Source of the DNA: Candidatus Hodarchaeaceae archaeon
GTDB taxonomy: Archaea; Hadarchaeota; Hadarchaeia; Hadarchaeales; Hadarchaeaceae
Direction of reading: 5' to 3'
Length of the DNA stretch: 64,000 bases
Assembly (NCBI GenBank): GCA_030018135.1
Contig: JASEGJ010000003.1
Coordinates: 27,083-91,082, forward strand
The position numbers and the translations under genes are program-made. Under the pieces are notes generated by a model. It was not told where the DNA came from. It saw only the letters and a program-made list of their open reading frames with translations, and ran no database searches. Every line of letters starts with the position of its first letter. Position 1 is the first letter of the stretch. Positions 17,118 to 26,926 of the stretch are shown piece by piece.

Positions 17118-18209
17118 CTAAGTTATGACATTTTCTAGTCCAACCTCGCGAGCTATTTCGAGCGCCCTACCAAATTCATCGCTCGTCAGTCGCCTGTTCA
17201 GTTCCTCGAACTCATGGGCCCGATATTCTGGCCTGTACTGGTCCATCAAATTCACACGAACCATTGAGCCCAAGTTCTCGGCTATCCATTCGAGCACCGG
17301 GCGGGTGCAGCATTCGATGTGGTTGGGAAGGACTAGATGGCGGACGATGAGCTCTGAGTCAGCAAAAGCGAGCCTATGATTGCGTGCAACGATTTTGAAA
17401 AAATTTGGCACCTTTGAATACTTGAGTGCACACTTATCGTCTGCATACTTAAAATCGGTTAAATAGACATCCTGCGTCCCGAAAAGCAGTTTCATTGCCT
17501 CGAGCGACATGTAGAAGTTAGAGTTCCAAACACTCGGTACGCTTACTTCACACAGGTTAAGCGTCTCCAGGATCGTATGAAGGTGAGGAGTAGGGGAACC
17601 ACCGACCCAGTTGACGTTTCTAGCCCCATCATGACGTTGGGCTTCGACGAGTCTGGCAAGCGTCCGAGGCGAGACTTCGACTCCCCCTCTTGGATCTTGG
17701 GAGATGTCATAGTTCTGGCAGAAGCAGCACTTGAAGGTGCAGCCGTTAAAAAAGATCGTGTAACTCGGCACAAGCTCCGGCTCTTCGCCCATGTGGATGA
17801 ACTCCGATGCTATTCGCGACCGTTCACTCACCCCACAGACCCCAACTTTCCCCGCAGTTCGGTCGACCACACACCTGCGCTCGCAGAAGTGGCAAGATTT
17901 CAGGATTCGCCGGGCGAGTTCCACCTTTAAGTCGAGCAGCGAGGGCTCTGGTCGCTCGAGGTCCTCAAGCCTCGCCTTGCCCCCGTCGATGTGCGCGAGC
18001 AGCTTGCGGAACTCCCTCAGGCCGCGATCGTGCGCGCGCCACAGCTCCTCATCGCCCGCCGAAAGGTCGACCTTGACCTCCGCACGCTTGCACACCAAGA
18101 AGCGCGCCGGGAGCTCGCCCCCCATGACCGCGAAGTAGCGGCCGAGCGATTTCCGCGCCCGCTCGTCCTTGAGCACCGCCACCGCGTCCGGCCTCAAAAC
18201 CCGCCACAT
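17118..18209 (-). CDS. pflX: PflX-like radical SAM protein
   Basis: CHFCERRC, HMGEEPEL, GCTFKCCFCQN, NWVGGSPTP, RHLVLPNH, MDQYRP. Confidence 0.85.
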   Translation of the reverse strand: MWRVLRPDAVAVLKDERARKSLGRYFAVMGGELPARFLVCKRAEVKVDLSAGDEELWRAHDRGLREFRKLLAHIDGGKARLEDLERPEPSLLDLKVELARRILKSCHFCERRCVVDRTAGKVGVCGVSERSRIASEFIHMGEEPELVPSYTIFFNGCTFKCCFCQNYDISQDPRGGVEVSPRTLARLVEAQRHDGARNVNWVGGSPTPHLHTILETLNLCEVSVPSVWNSNFYMSLEAMKLLFGTQDVYLTDFKYADDKCALKYSKVPNFFKIVARNHRLAFADSELIVRHLVLPNHIECCTRPVLEWIAENLGSMVRVNLMDQYRPEYRAHEFEELNRRLTSDEFGRALEIAREVGLENVIT

Positions 18210-18272
18210 TTGCCAGCCCCATATATGTTTTTAAATCAGCCCCACAAAAGGGTTGTCGCATCAGGTGTCATC

Positions 18273-19139
18273 ATGATAGTGGTTGCTGGCCCAGCTTCAG
18301 GTGAATTAGCCGCGCGGGTCGCCAAGGCCTTGAAGTGTTCGCTCATCGAGCCAGAACTCAAACGCTTCCCGGATGGCGAGAGCTACGTGCGCATCGACCA
18401 CAAGTTCGAGGGCGAACACGCCGTGGTCGTGCAATCCACCTGCCATCCGGTGAACGACAATTTCATGGAGCTATTTCTGCTCTTGGATACCACCAAGGAC
18501 TTGGGCGCCAAGCGCGTGACGGCGGCAGTGCCCTATTTTGGCTACGCCCGGCAGGATAAGCGCTTCAAGCCCGGCGAGGCCATCAGCGTTCGGACCATGT
18601 GCAAGCTGATCGAGCGCGCTGGCGCGGATGATCTGCTGACGATCGATATCCATGAGGATGAAATAATGGCGAACTTCGCGATCCCCGCATACAACCTCAC
18701 CGCAATGCCGCTGATCGGCCGCTACCTCGCAAACCTCGACCTTCGAGATCCGGTCGTTCTGGCGCCGGACCCCGGGGCGTTGCGCCACGCCCGTCGCGCC
18801 GCGGCCGAGTTCATGGCGGACTACGATTACCTCGAAAAGACCAGGCTGACCTCAACCAAGGTCGCGATGCGCCCCAAGCGACTCAGCGTGTCCGGGAGGG
18901 ACGTCGCGATAGTCGACGACATAATCAGCACGGGCGGCACGGTAATCGAGGCCACCAAGGTACTCAAAAAGCAGGGAGCCCGCAAGATCTACGCAGCTTG
19001 CACTCATCCGGTGCTCGTGGGCAAGGCCGCGCAAAAGATCCTGGCAGCCGGCGTGCGAGAAATCATCTCGACCGATACCATCAAGCATAAGACAAATATG
19101 ATATCCGTAGCGCCAGTCATAGCAGAATCGATCCATTAG
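18273..19139 (+). CDS. prs: Ribose-phosphate pyrophosphokinase
   Basis: KRFPDGESYVRI, PYFGYARQDK, APDPGA, IVDDIISTGGT; ATG at 18273. Confidence 0.95.
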   Translation: MIVVAGPASGELAARVAKALKCSLIEPELKRFPDGESYVRIDHKFEGEHAVVVQSTCHPVNDNFMELFLLLDTTKDLGAKRVTAAVPYFGYARQDKRFKPGEAISVRTMCKLIERAGADDLLTIDIHEDEIMANFAIPAYNLTAMPLIGRYLANLDLRDPVVLAPDPGALRHARRAAAEFMADYDYLEKTRLTSTKVAMRPKRLSVSGRDVAIVDDIISTGGTVIEATKVLKKQGARKIYAACTHPVLVGKAAQKILAAGVREIISTDTIKHKTNMISVAPVIAESIH

Positions 19140-19147
19140 GGTTTCCC

Positions 19148-20173
19148 ATGAGGCAACTCATGTTCCTGCTCTCAGGCGAGCACCCAACTCTGCCGGTGGC
19201 GGAGGCAGCGGCTGCCATCAAGGCGGAACACCGCGCCTACAAGGTGATCGAACAGTTCGACCAAGTTTTGGTGGTGGAAACCAAGGCCAAGCCGGAAGTC
19301 CTCGCCTCGAGGCTCGCCATGTGTCGTGAGATATGTTGGCACCTCTGTACCTCCGGCGTTGACGAGGTCTTGGAAGCGGTGGGCAGCTCCGACATCGTCG
19401 ACCTCATCCCCCACGGCCGGACCTTCGCGGTGCACATAAAACGCGTGAAGCGCCACTCCTCTGAAGTCGATGTGCCCAAGCTGACCAGAGATATTGCGGA
19501 GTTGATAGCCAGCGAGGTGGAGTTCAAGGTCGACCTTGTGCAACCCGAAGTTGAGGTGTTGGGTGTACTCACGGATGGCAAGTGCATAATCGGTCTAAAG
19601 GCCACGCACGTCGACCGCACCCAGTTTACAAAGCGCCGGCCGACGATGAGGCCAGCGTTTCACCCCGGCACGCTTACGCCCCTTTTGGCGCGCTGCATGG
19701 TGAACTTGGCGCGGACCCCCAGGGGCGGTACCATGCTCGATCCGTTTTGCGGTGTCGGGGGTATCCTGATCGAAGCGGGCCTGATGGGCGCGAAGCCAAT
19801 CGGCATGGATATCGACGCGGAGATGATAGAGGGCGCTCGGCGCAACCTCGAAGCCGCTGGTATAAAAGATTACCAGTTGCTCGTTGGAGATGCGCGGCAT
19901 CTCCCAGTGGCGGAGGTCGACGCAGTTGCCACTGACCCGCCGTACGGACGACAGGCCACCACCGCAGGCCTGCGGCTCGAGGAGCTTTATGGGCAGGCGT
20001 TACCTTCGATCGCAGGCGTGCTCAAACGCAGGGGGTACGTGTGCATCACCTCGCCGGCGGATCTTGAGCTCAAGGAGCTAGCCAAGGGAGCGGGCCTGAG
20101 GCTCATCGAAAGGCATGAGCAACGCGTGCATAAGAGCTTGACCCGCCGCATCTATGTATTCAGGGGAAAGTAG
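19148..20173 (+). CDS. trm11: tRNA (guanine-10-N2)-dimethyltransferase (THUMP + MTase)
   Basis: LSGEHPTLP, ARCMVNLA, LDPFCGVGG, TDPPYGR, VHKSLTR. Confidence 0.9.
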   Translation: MRQLMFLLSGEHPTLPVAEAAAAIKAEHRAYKVIEQFDQVLVVETKAKPEVLASRLAMCREICWHLCTSGVDEVLEAVGSSDIVDLIPHGRTFAVHIKRVKRHSSEVDVPKLTRDIAELIASEVEFKVDLVQPEVEVLGVLTDGKCIIGLKATHVDRTQFTKRRPTMRPAFHPGTLTPLLARCMVNLARTPRGGTMLDPFCGVGGILIEAGLMGAKPIGMDIDAEMIEGARRNLEAAGIKDYQLLVGDARHLPVAEVDAVATDPPYGRQATTAGLRLEELYGQALPSIAGVLKRRGYVCITSPADLELKELAKGAGLRLIERHEQRVHKSLTRRIYVFRGK

Positions 20174-20174
20174 G

Positions 20175-21086
20175 ATGAGGCTAATATTTTTGGGCACCGG
20201 TGGGAGCATCCCGACGCCATCACGCAGCCTGCCTGCGATCGCAGTCAAGAGAGCGAGGGAACTTTTACTTTTCGATTGTGGGGAGGGCACGCAATCTCAA
20301 ATGGCCCGCGCTGGAGTGAGCCCGATGAAGGTGAAGGCCGTTTTCCTGACCCATTTCCACGGCGACCATTTTCTCGGCTTGCCCGGCCTGGTGCAGACGA
20401 TGGCATTGATGAACCGCGACGAGGAACTCGAGATTTATGGTCCGCGAGGCGCCGCCGGGCTCGTCGAGAAGTTGCTCGATCTGGGCTACTACACCCTAAC
20501 GTTTCAAGTGCGGGCGCGGGATGTCAAACCGGGCGAGGAGCTGCGGCGTCAGGGCTACCGCGTTCAAACATGCGAGGTTGAGCACACGGTCGAGAGCTTG
20601 GCATACGCGATTGTCGAGGACCTCCGCCCGGGCAAATTTTACCTCGAGAAGGCCCTCGAGTTCGGAGTCAAGCCTGGGCCGGACTTCTCGCGCCTGCAAG
20701 CTGGGCAAACCGTTGAGCTGCCTGGCGGGCGAGTGATAAAACCGGAGCAGGTGATGGGACCGGCTAGGCCTGGGCGAAAGGTGGTTTACGCCGGAGATAC
20801 GAGGCCCTGCGAGCGCCTAATAGAGCTTGCTCGCGACGCCGATGTGTTGATTCACGATTGCACGCTGGCTAACGAACTCGCCGACAAGGCGGCGGAGAGC
20901 GGCCACTCGACGCCCGCCGAAGCCGCGGAGGTCGCAAGGAGGGCAGGCGTCAAGCAACTGGTGCTCGTCCACATAAGCCCGCGCTACACCGACGATGCGG
21001 AGTTGCTCAGGGAGGCGCAGCAAATATTTCCAAACGTCATCGTCGCCCGCGATCTGATGGAGTTGAATGTACAGCTGAGAGAATGA
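20175..21086 (+). CDS. rnz: Ribonuclease Z
   Basis: FLGTGGSIPT, FDCGEGTQ, THFHGDH, GDTRP, GHST, HISPRY. Confidence 0.95.
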   Translation: MRLIFLGTGGSIPTPSRSLPAIAVKRARELLLFDCGEGTQSQMARAGVSPMKVKAVFLTHFHGDHFLGLPGLVQTMALMNRDEELEIYGPRGAAGLVEKLLDLGYYTLTFQVRARDVKPGEELRRQGYRVQTCEVEHTVESLAYAIVEDLRPGKFYLEKALEFGVKPGPDFSRLQAGQTVELPGGRVIKPEQVMGPARPGRKVVYAGDTRPCERLIELARDADVLIHDCTLANELADKAAESGHSTPAEAAEVARRAGVKQLVLVHISPRYTDDAELLREAQQIFPNVIVARDLMELNVQLRE

Positions 21087-21102
21087 GGGGTTAAAAAGTT
21101 TG

Positions 21103-21753
21103 TTACAGCCCCTCAAAGCGGATGCCGACGCCAGCTGTCTTGTAGCGTCGGGTGAGTTCGACGAGCAGCGCCACCATTGGTTCAACAAATCTGCTGTTGC
21201 ACAGGGGCCCGCCGTCTATCGCCCGCACGCTTGGCATTTTTTCCGCCAGCTTCATGACTACCTGTTTGGCCTCTAGGTCGTCGCCGCACACGACGACATC
21301 GCAGTCGAGCGGCGTCGAGATATCCTGTATTCTTTTTGCACCTATGGTCTGAAATCCCGACACCACCCTCACACCCTTCGGTACCAGCCTCGCCAGCTCC
21401 TCGGTGGCGGAACCCGCCCTTGGCTGCTCAACCACGATCACGCCCCGCCGAAGCTCGATGGGGACGACGACGTTGACGAGGATCTTGCCCGGGCTCAAAG
21501 CCGGCTTTATATCCTCGATGATCCTCTTCATTGCTTTAAACGGCACGCTTAAAACCACGATGTCAGCAGCGCGCGCGGCCTCGAGATTTGTCGCCCCGCG
21601 TACCGATTTGCCGGTACGCTCGCTCACTTGGCTTGCTACGAGTTCGGCCTTCTCACGCTGGCGGGAGCCTATGATAACGTTCTCGCCGGCCAACGCCAGA
21701 CGCGCCACCAATCCGCGGCCTTGTGCGCCAGTTCCACCTATGACCGCTATCAC
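21103..21753 (-). CDS. npdG: NADPH-dependent F420 reductase
   Basis: IGGTGAQGRGL, IIGSR, LSVPF, VVCGDD, IDGGPL. Confidence 0.9.
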   Translation of the reverse strand: MIAVIGGTGAQGRGLVARLALAGENVIIGSRQREKAELVASQVSERTGKSVRGATNLEAARAADIVVLSVPFKAMKRIIEDIKPALSPGKILVNVVVPIELRRGVIVVEQPRAGSATEELARLVPKGVRVVSGFQTIGAKRIQDISTPLDCDVVVCGDDLEAKQVVMKLAEKMPSVRAIDGGPLCNSRFVEPMVALLVELTRRYKTAGVGIRFEGL

Positions 21754-21762
21754 GCCATCGCC

Positions 21763-22179
21763 TCAGTATTTGATCTCCTCGATCGGCTTACCGTTTACGG
21801 TGCGTGGGGCGAGGTAGTCTATCAGATGCTCCGCATCGGGAGCTTCGAGCGTAACCATGATAGGGCCGAGCGGCGACTCCCCGTTTGTGAAGCTTACCCT
21901 CCCAACCGCGGCAACTTGTTTATTCAGCATGAATCGCACGATGTTTTCCCGCATGCCGCCGCGCATGACCCTTCGCGCGGAGTCGAGGATGGCCTGCAAC
22001 CTCAACAGCTGATGCAGCCTATCCAGGGCTTCTACCTGCGTTGACTCGCCCATGAGCAGGTTTCCCGCGAGGTTCAGCCGGAGCGTTGGGAAGATGTTTT
22101 TTACGGCCGCCTCCACCTTTTTAGGATCCTCGGTCGGTTTAACTTCGGCCTCGACGCGCAGCCTTAACAAGCTTTTCAC
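21763..22179 (-). CDS. DUF54/UPF0201 RNA-binding protein
   Basis: VKPTEDPKKV, QAILDSAR, LNKQVA, SPLGPI, YLAPRT; start approximate. Confidence 0.85.
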   Translation of the reverse strand: MKSLLRLRVEAEVKPTEDPKKVEAAVKNIFPTLRLNLAGNLLMGESTQVEALDRLHQLLRLQAILDSARRVMRGGMRENIVRFMLNKQVAAVGRVSFTNGESPLGPIMVTLEAPDAEHLIDYLAPRTVNGKPIEEIKY

Positions 22180-22738
22180 CAGCCACGATCTTTTTAAGGA
22201 TTTTATCCGCCTTTTCGTGGAGTTCGGCAAGCGTGCCCTCGTTGACGATGATTGAATCGGCCAGCGCGAACGCATCGCCCAGCCCCCAGCTGAGTTCGCG
22301 CGCGTCCTTTTGGCGAAAAGTTTTCATGCCGGCGATGTCATCCGCCCTACCTCGGGCCACGACCCTCGAGTAGCGCGTGGGCTCGCTCGCCCAAATCGCT
22401 AGGAGATGAAAACGGTCGCCGAAGGCGCGGCGGAACTCCTCGACCTCGGCAATGCCCCTGATGCCATCGACTATTACGGCCTGCTTGCCCCTGCCCCTCC
22501 GCTCGATCAGTGGCACGCAGCGATTGGCGATCGTCCCGAGCCCCTCCCGCTGCCTGAGCTCGTTCGCCACAGCTCCGACGTTCGCCTCGTTCAGCTCCAG
22601 CCCGCGGCGCTTGACCTCCGCCCAAACGACATCGCCCATCCGTACGTAGGGCATATCCAGCTTCATGGCCACCCCAGCGACCTCGGTCTTGCCGGATCCC
22701 TGCAGGCCGACGATGCCTATGACCTTAAAATCGCTCAT
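22139..22738 (-). CDS. Archaeal dephospho-CoA kinase (UPF0200)
   Basis: GLQGSGKT, MGDVV, DGIRG, RGRADD, DARELSWG, IVNEG. Confidence 0.85.
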   Translation of the reverse strand: MSDFKVIGIVGLQGSGKTEVAGVAMKLDMPYVRMGDVVWAEVKRRGLELNEANVGAVANELRQREGLGTIANRCVPLIERRGRGKQAVIVDGIRGIAEVEEFRRAFGDRFHLLAIWASEPTRYSRVVARGRADDIAGMKTFRQKDARELSWGLGDAFALADSIIVNEGTLAELHEKADKILKKIVAGEKLVKAARRGRS

Positions 22739-22968
22739 AACTCGACCACGATCAGCGTCGTGGTGTTCGTGACGCCGGGTATGCCTCGGATATCACCAAA
22801 AACAGCTTTCGTCAACTTCTCAAGGGAGTCCACTTCTATGCGGGCGACGATCTCATACGGACCAGCGACGCATTCAGCCTTCTTGACGCCTTCGATGGTT
22901 TTCACCTTGCGAAAAACATCTGCGGTTTTACCCGACTCCGCGGAAATTAGGCTATAGGCATTTACCAT
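22735..22968 (-). CDS. Lrp/AsnC ligand-binding (RAM) domain protein
   Basis: AYSLI...VAGPYEIVARIE...IPGVTNTTTLIV; GAGGTG SD. Confidence 0.85.
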   Translation of the reverse strand: MVNAYSLISAESGKTADVFRKVKTIEGVKKAECVAGPYEIVARIEVDSLEKLTKAVFGDIRGIPGVTNTTTLIVVEL

Positions 22969-23033
22969 ATACCCACCTCTTTTTACCACTATGTTGAACT
23001 GCTTTAAAACTTCAGCGTCAAGGATATCGATGG

Positions 23034-23456
23034 GTGCGCTGGGTGAAGCTCAGGACATCGCGCGAGCACCTCAGGCAAATCGGGGCGGATGCTAAGGCTA
23101 GAGCGCCGATCGAGGCATGTGGCGTTTTGGTGGGCGTCCGCAGAAAGGGGGGATTCGAGGTTTTGGAAGTCCTTCCCGCCCCCAACGAGTTGAGTTCGCC
23201 GACCCGCTTCGAGATAAATCCCGAGCGCCTCTACGAGTTCATCAAGGGCGCTGAGGGCAAAGGCTTGGAGGTCATAGGGTTTTATCATTCCCACCTAGGT
23301 TATGGCGCAGGGCCGTCAGCAACAGATCTTGAGCACTTGAAATTTCTTCCGAACTTGGTGTGGTTGATATGTGATGTTTCCACAGCTGGCGCTGAGTTCA
23401 GAGCTTTTGTCATGCGATCAGGTGCGTTGGTGGAGCTTGAGGTCGTGGTGGCTTGA
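23034..23456 (+). CDS. JAMM/MPN+ metalloprotease (desampylase-like)
   Basis: EACGVLVG...GFYHSH...PSATD. Confidence 0.88.
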   Translation: MRWVKLRTSREHLRQIGADAKARAPIEACGVLVGVRRKGGFEVLEVLPAPNELSSPTRFEINPERLYEFIKGAEGKGLEVIGFYHSHLGYGAGPSATDLEHLKFLPNLVWLICDVSTAGAEFRAFVMRSGALVELEVVVA

Positions 23457-24055
23457 CTCTAGTTTATTACAGGGGAAAAGGCTTCGAGGTCAGGCCAAGC
23501 GTTTACGAGCCCGCCGAGGACACATTTCTCCTCGCGGATAACCTCGATGTGTATCCGGGTGAAAAAGTTTTAGAGCTCGGGACTGGTTGTGGCTTGTTGG
23601 CAATTCTAGCGGCGGAAGCCGGGGGCCGCGTGGTTGCGACAGATATAAACCCAATCGCGCTTGAGTGCGCCCGCACAAACGCGGTAGCGCACGAGGTCCT
23701 CGACCTCGTAGATTTTCGATTTGGCGACCTCTTCGAGCCGGTCGTCGATGAACGCTTTGATTTAGTGATCTTTAATCCGCCATATTTACCCGTTCAGCCT
23801 GAGGAAGTGCTTGGTACCATGCTCGATCGCGCGTGGGGGGCGGGACCAGAAGGTAGAGAGGTTATCGATCGGTTTTTGAGCAGGTTGCCAAACCATTTGG
23901 TAAGCAAAGGCCGGGCGTTATTTGTGCAGTCGTCTTTGTCAAATGCTGCCAAAACGCTCCGCGCCCTCCAAGCTCGCGGTTTTCAGGTCGATGTCATTGG
24001 CAAGAAGTTGCCATTTGAGGAGCTGTTCTTGTTTAAGGCAAAGCTCATGTTTTAG
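23453..24055 (+). CDS. HemK2/PrmC-like protein methyltransferase
   Basis: VYEPAEDTFLL, LELGTGCG, IFNPPYLP, GREVIDRFL. Confidence 0.9.
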   Translation: MTLVYYRGKGFEVRPSVYEPAEDTFLLADNLDVYPGEKVLELGTGCGLLAILAAEAGGRVVATDINPIALECARTNAVAHEVLDLVDFRFGDLFEPVVDERFDLVIFNPPYLPVQPEEVLGTMLDRAWGAGPEGREVIDRFLSRLPNHLVSKGRALFVQSSLSNAAKTLRALQARGFQVDVIGKKLPFEELFLFKAKLMF

Positions 24056-24146
24056 GCTGGGGACAAACAAGCAAAATATCATGCGAAACTTGGATTAGGT
24101 AAGATTTTTAGCCTCGCAGTAGCAAGTCGAGCAAGCTGGTGCTAAC

Positions 24147-24254
24147 ATGGGGAAAAGGCCTCGCAAGTGGAAGAAGAAGGGAAGGATGCGTTGGAAGTGG
24201 GTCAAGAAGCGCATGCGCAGGAAAAAGCGCAGACTGAAGCAGAGAAAGGCTTAG
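24147..24254 (+). CDS. rpl41e: Ribosomal protein eL41 (L41e/eS32), 35 aa, absent from ORF track
   Basis: [35 protein letters not shown], matching the archaeal L41e pattern [15 protein letters not shown]; GGTG SD. Confidence 0.85.
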   Translation: MGKRPRKWKKKGRMRWKWVKKRMRRKKRRLKQRKA

Positions 24255-24388
24255 TTTCTTTAGATTTAAAAGGTCAAAATCGAGCGGTGCCCATTCAAGG
24301 CAAAGATTTTTATATTGGATGGATAATCCATCCAAGAGGAGGTTATAGCATATTCGCAAAGTTATTCCGCGGCGGTGTCCCAGAAGAG

Positions 24389-25000
24389 GTGCTATCCAAA
24401 AGGATCAAGATATTCGTCCTTCTTGGGTTCACATTTATAGCGATAAACAAATTCACGTTAAGCCGATTTAGCCCCCTCCCAAATCTTGAGATGATAATTC
24501 CGACCATCTGCGTCATGGGCTGCTTTCCGCTCTATTGCGGCGGGGGCAAGTTCTGGGGTCTTTTGATGAGATATTTTGGGGTAGTGGCATTGGTCAGCGT
24601 GTTCTTGGCGGATTTGTGGGTCTGGGGTTTCCGCTCGATATATGCCTTTACCTGGTCGGGGTTCGTAATTTGCTGGTTTTTCGCCGCGCGCAGGAAGCTC
24701 TTCATGTTCGGTAGATTCAAACACCTGCTCTGGCACTCGATGCTGACAACCGCGGTCGCCATCATAATGTTTGATATCTACACCTGTTTTGGTTGGGCAT
24801 TTCTGACGGGGGCTAGGACCCTTGCAGGGCTAACGGCAGTTTTCCTCGCCCAAATACCCTTCACTCTGTACCATCTCTCCTCCCTGACGTTCGTTCCGCC
24901 TTTAGTCGGGTTGGCTAAGTTGTTGATCAGGGTTAGAGTTCCAGTTCCAGCGGCAGTTCCCATGGCGATGAAAATTCGGACCGCTCAGGGAAGGGGGTGA
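24389..25000 (+). CDS. Membrane protein, ECF S-component-like
   Basis: About 6 TM, PLPNLE, FTWSGF, AQIPFTLYH; true start uncertain (track start 24167 overlaps L41e). Confidence 0.55.
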   Translation: MLSKRIKIFVLLGFTFIAINKFTLSRFSPLPNLEMIIPTICVMGCFPLYCGGGKFWGLLMRYFGVVALVSVFLADLWVWGFRSIYAFTWSGFVICWFFAARRKLFMFGRFKHLLWHSMLTTAVAIIMFDIYTCFGWAFLTGARTLAGLTAVFLAQIPFTLYHLSSLTFVPPLVGLAKLLIRVRVPVPAAVPMAMKIRTAQGRG

Positions 25001-25006
25001 ATTGAA

Positions 25007-25420
25007 TTGGGCATCAAAGTCTTAGCCTTTGGCATCCTATCGGCGGCGATATTGGCAGGGGCGATGTTCCAAATTGGCAGCATGTATGGCTCTAAGGGAA
25101 CGGAAACGGTTGGCAGCGTGTCCATCCGCGTCATCGTGGTGCAACCAGGAGAGAACCAATTGTTAAAAAATGAAAACGTGAGGATCTCGACAGGAACCAC
25201 GGTTTTCGAGGTGCTGGACCGAGTTGCGGATGTGGGTTATAAAAAATACCCAGGGGTGGGCAAATTTGTGATCTCCATCGACAACGTGGAGCAAACCCCC
25301 GACAAATGGTGGCTCTACCAGGTGAACGGGGTCTACCCAAATATCGCGTCGGATAGGTATGCCGTGATGGACGGGGACAACATCCTCTGGGAGTTCACCT
25401 CGGAATGGCCCACCTTCTGA
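25007..25420 (+). CDS. DUF4430 (transcobalamin C-terminal-like) membrane-anchored protein
   Basis: N-terminal TM; TVFEVL, GKFVISIDNV, WWLYQVNG, DGDNILW. Confidence 0.8.
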   Translation: MGIKVLAFGILSAAILAGAMFQIGSMYGSKGTETVGSVSIRVIVVQPGENQLLKNENVRISTGTTVFEVLDRVADVGYKKYPGVGKFVISIDNVEQTPDKWWLYQVNGVYPNIASDRYAVMDGDNILWEFTSEWPTF

Positions 25421-25440
25421 CGATTTTCAGACGGGCCCCG

Positions 25441-26001
25441 TTACGAAAGCCTTCTTGCCGCGGCCCTCGCCCCAGCCTCGGCTTTTGCTACATCTCCCCC
25501 TGTCCCGATTATGATGACGTCTCCTTCGCGAGGCTTAAAAATCTTCTTCAACTCGGAGCTGATTTCCTTGTTGACTTCTAGAAAGCCGTCCGGGAACTGA
25601 AGTTTGCCCGCCCTGAAGACGAGCACGGTAGCTCCATCGGCACCAGCTTTAATCGCCTCATCGCGTTGCTCCACGCCCCGCCTAACCTTTGCTGCAGCAT
25701 TTCTGACGATTATCGCGACATCGACCTCGCCGACCGTTAAATCTCCAGCATCGATTTGCGCGCATTTGAACGCCTTTCCGAGTTCGCGCCTGCCCTTCTC
25801 AGTTATCGAGTGACCGCCCCTGCCCGAAGTTATTAGCCCACGTTTTTTCAGGCGGTTTAGGATCGTGCGCATACTGCCCTCGCCTATGCCAAGTTTCCCC
25901 GCCAATCTCTTGCGCCCCAGCGCCTTTTGCTCGGCGATGAGTTCTAGCGCCATGCGAACTTGGACCTCGGCGAAGTGCGGCATTGGCCCTGTGGCGGGCA
26001 A
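25441..26001 (-). CDS. Winged-HTH/DUF4443-type protein
   Basis: LGRKRLAGKLGIGEGSMRTIL, GHSITEKG, EQRDEAIKAGADGA. Confidence 0.75.
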   Translation of the reverse strand: MPATGPMPHFAEVQVRMALELIAEQKALGRKRLAGKLGIGEGSMRTILNRLKKRGLITSGRGGHSITEKGRRELGKAFKCAQIDAGDLTVGEVDVAIIVRNAAAKVRRGVEQRDEAIKAGADGATVLVFRAGKLQFPDGFLEVNKEISSELKKIFKPREGDVIIIGTGGDVAKAEAGARAAARRLS

Positions 26002-26002
26002 G

Positions 26003-26926
26003 CTACATCACCACGCAGAGGATTGCTTTCTGGGAATGCAGCCTGTTCTCAGCTTGGTCGAAGACGACCGAGTGAGGCCCGTCTATTACCTCAGCGGTAA
26101 CCTCTTCTCCGCGATGGGCGGGTAGGCAATGCATGAAGATTACGTCCTCCTTCGCATGTTTCAGAAGGCCGGCGTTAACTTGGTAGCCCTTGAAGTCCTT
26201 CATCCTCCTCTCTCGCTCCGCCTCGTGGCCCATCGAGACGAACACATCGGTGTAAATTACATCCGCCCCCTTGACCGCTTTTTTTGGGTCGTTGAGGATT
26301 TCGAGCTTAACCCCGCTGCGCTTGGCATTCTTCTGCGCCTGTTCCACTATTTCGGCGTTCGGTTCATATCCCTTCGGGCACGCGACTGAAATGTTCATGC
26401 CGACGAGCGTACACGCGAGCAGCAGCGAGTTGCACACGTTGTTGCCGTCTCCGACCCAAGCTAGCTTCAGGCCCTCCAGCCCGCCCTTCTTTTCCCTGAT
26501 CGTCTGGAGGTCCGCGAGCGTCTGGCAGGGGTGGAGCAGCTCGGTGAGGCCATTTATCACCGGCACGCTCGAATTTCGCGCCAGCTCGACAACATCCTCA
26601 TGCTTGAATAACCTAGCCATCACCGCATCGACGTAGCGTGAAAGCGTTCTGGCCGTGTCGGCGATGGTTTCTCCTCGCCCAAGTTGAAGGTCGCCGGTGC
26701 CCAAGTAAATCGCGTGCCCACCCAGCTGGGTCATCGCGGCCTCGAAGCTGACACGTGTCCTCGTTGATGGCTTGGCGAATATCATACCAAGCGTCTTGCC
26801 GTGGAGCACCTCATGGGGTTCGCCCCTGCGCAGCTTCTGCTTGAGTTCGTCCGCCTTGTCGAGCAGAGCAATGATCTCCTCAGGGCTTAAATCCTGAGGC
26901 GACAGGAGATGTCTTCCCTTCAGCAT
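26003..26926 (-). CDS. argF: Ornithine carbamoyltransferase
   Basis: [37 protein letters not shown]. Confidence 0.97.
   Translation of the reverse strand: MLKGRHLLSPQDLSPEEIIALLDKADELKQKLRRGEPHEVLHGKTLGMIFAKPSTRTRVSFEAAMTQLGGHAIYLGTGDLQLGRGETIADTARTLSRYVDAVMARLFKHEDVVELARNSSVPVINGLTELLHPCQTLADLQTIREKKGGLEGLKLAWVGDGNNVCNSLLLACTLVGMNISVACPKGYEPNAEIVEQAQKNAKRSGVKLEILNDPKKAVKGADVIYTDVFVSMGHEAERERRMKDFKGYQVNAGLLKHAKEDVIFMHCLPAHRGEEVTAEVIDGPHSVVFDQAENRLHSQKAILCVVM

Noticed and set aside
17991-18272. Long N-terminal extension of prs
   Set aside because: Overlaps pflX on the opposite strand; the family N-terminus starts at ATG 18273
24167-24388. N-terminal part of the 277-aa ORF
   Set aside because: Out-of-frame overlap with the L41e gene and the following promoter; spurious extension
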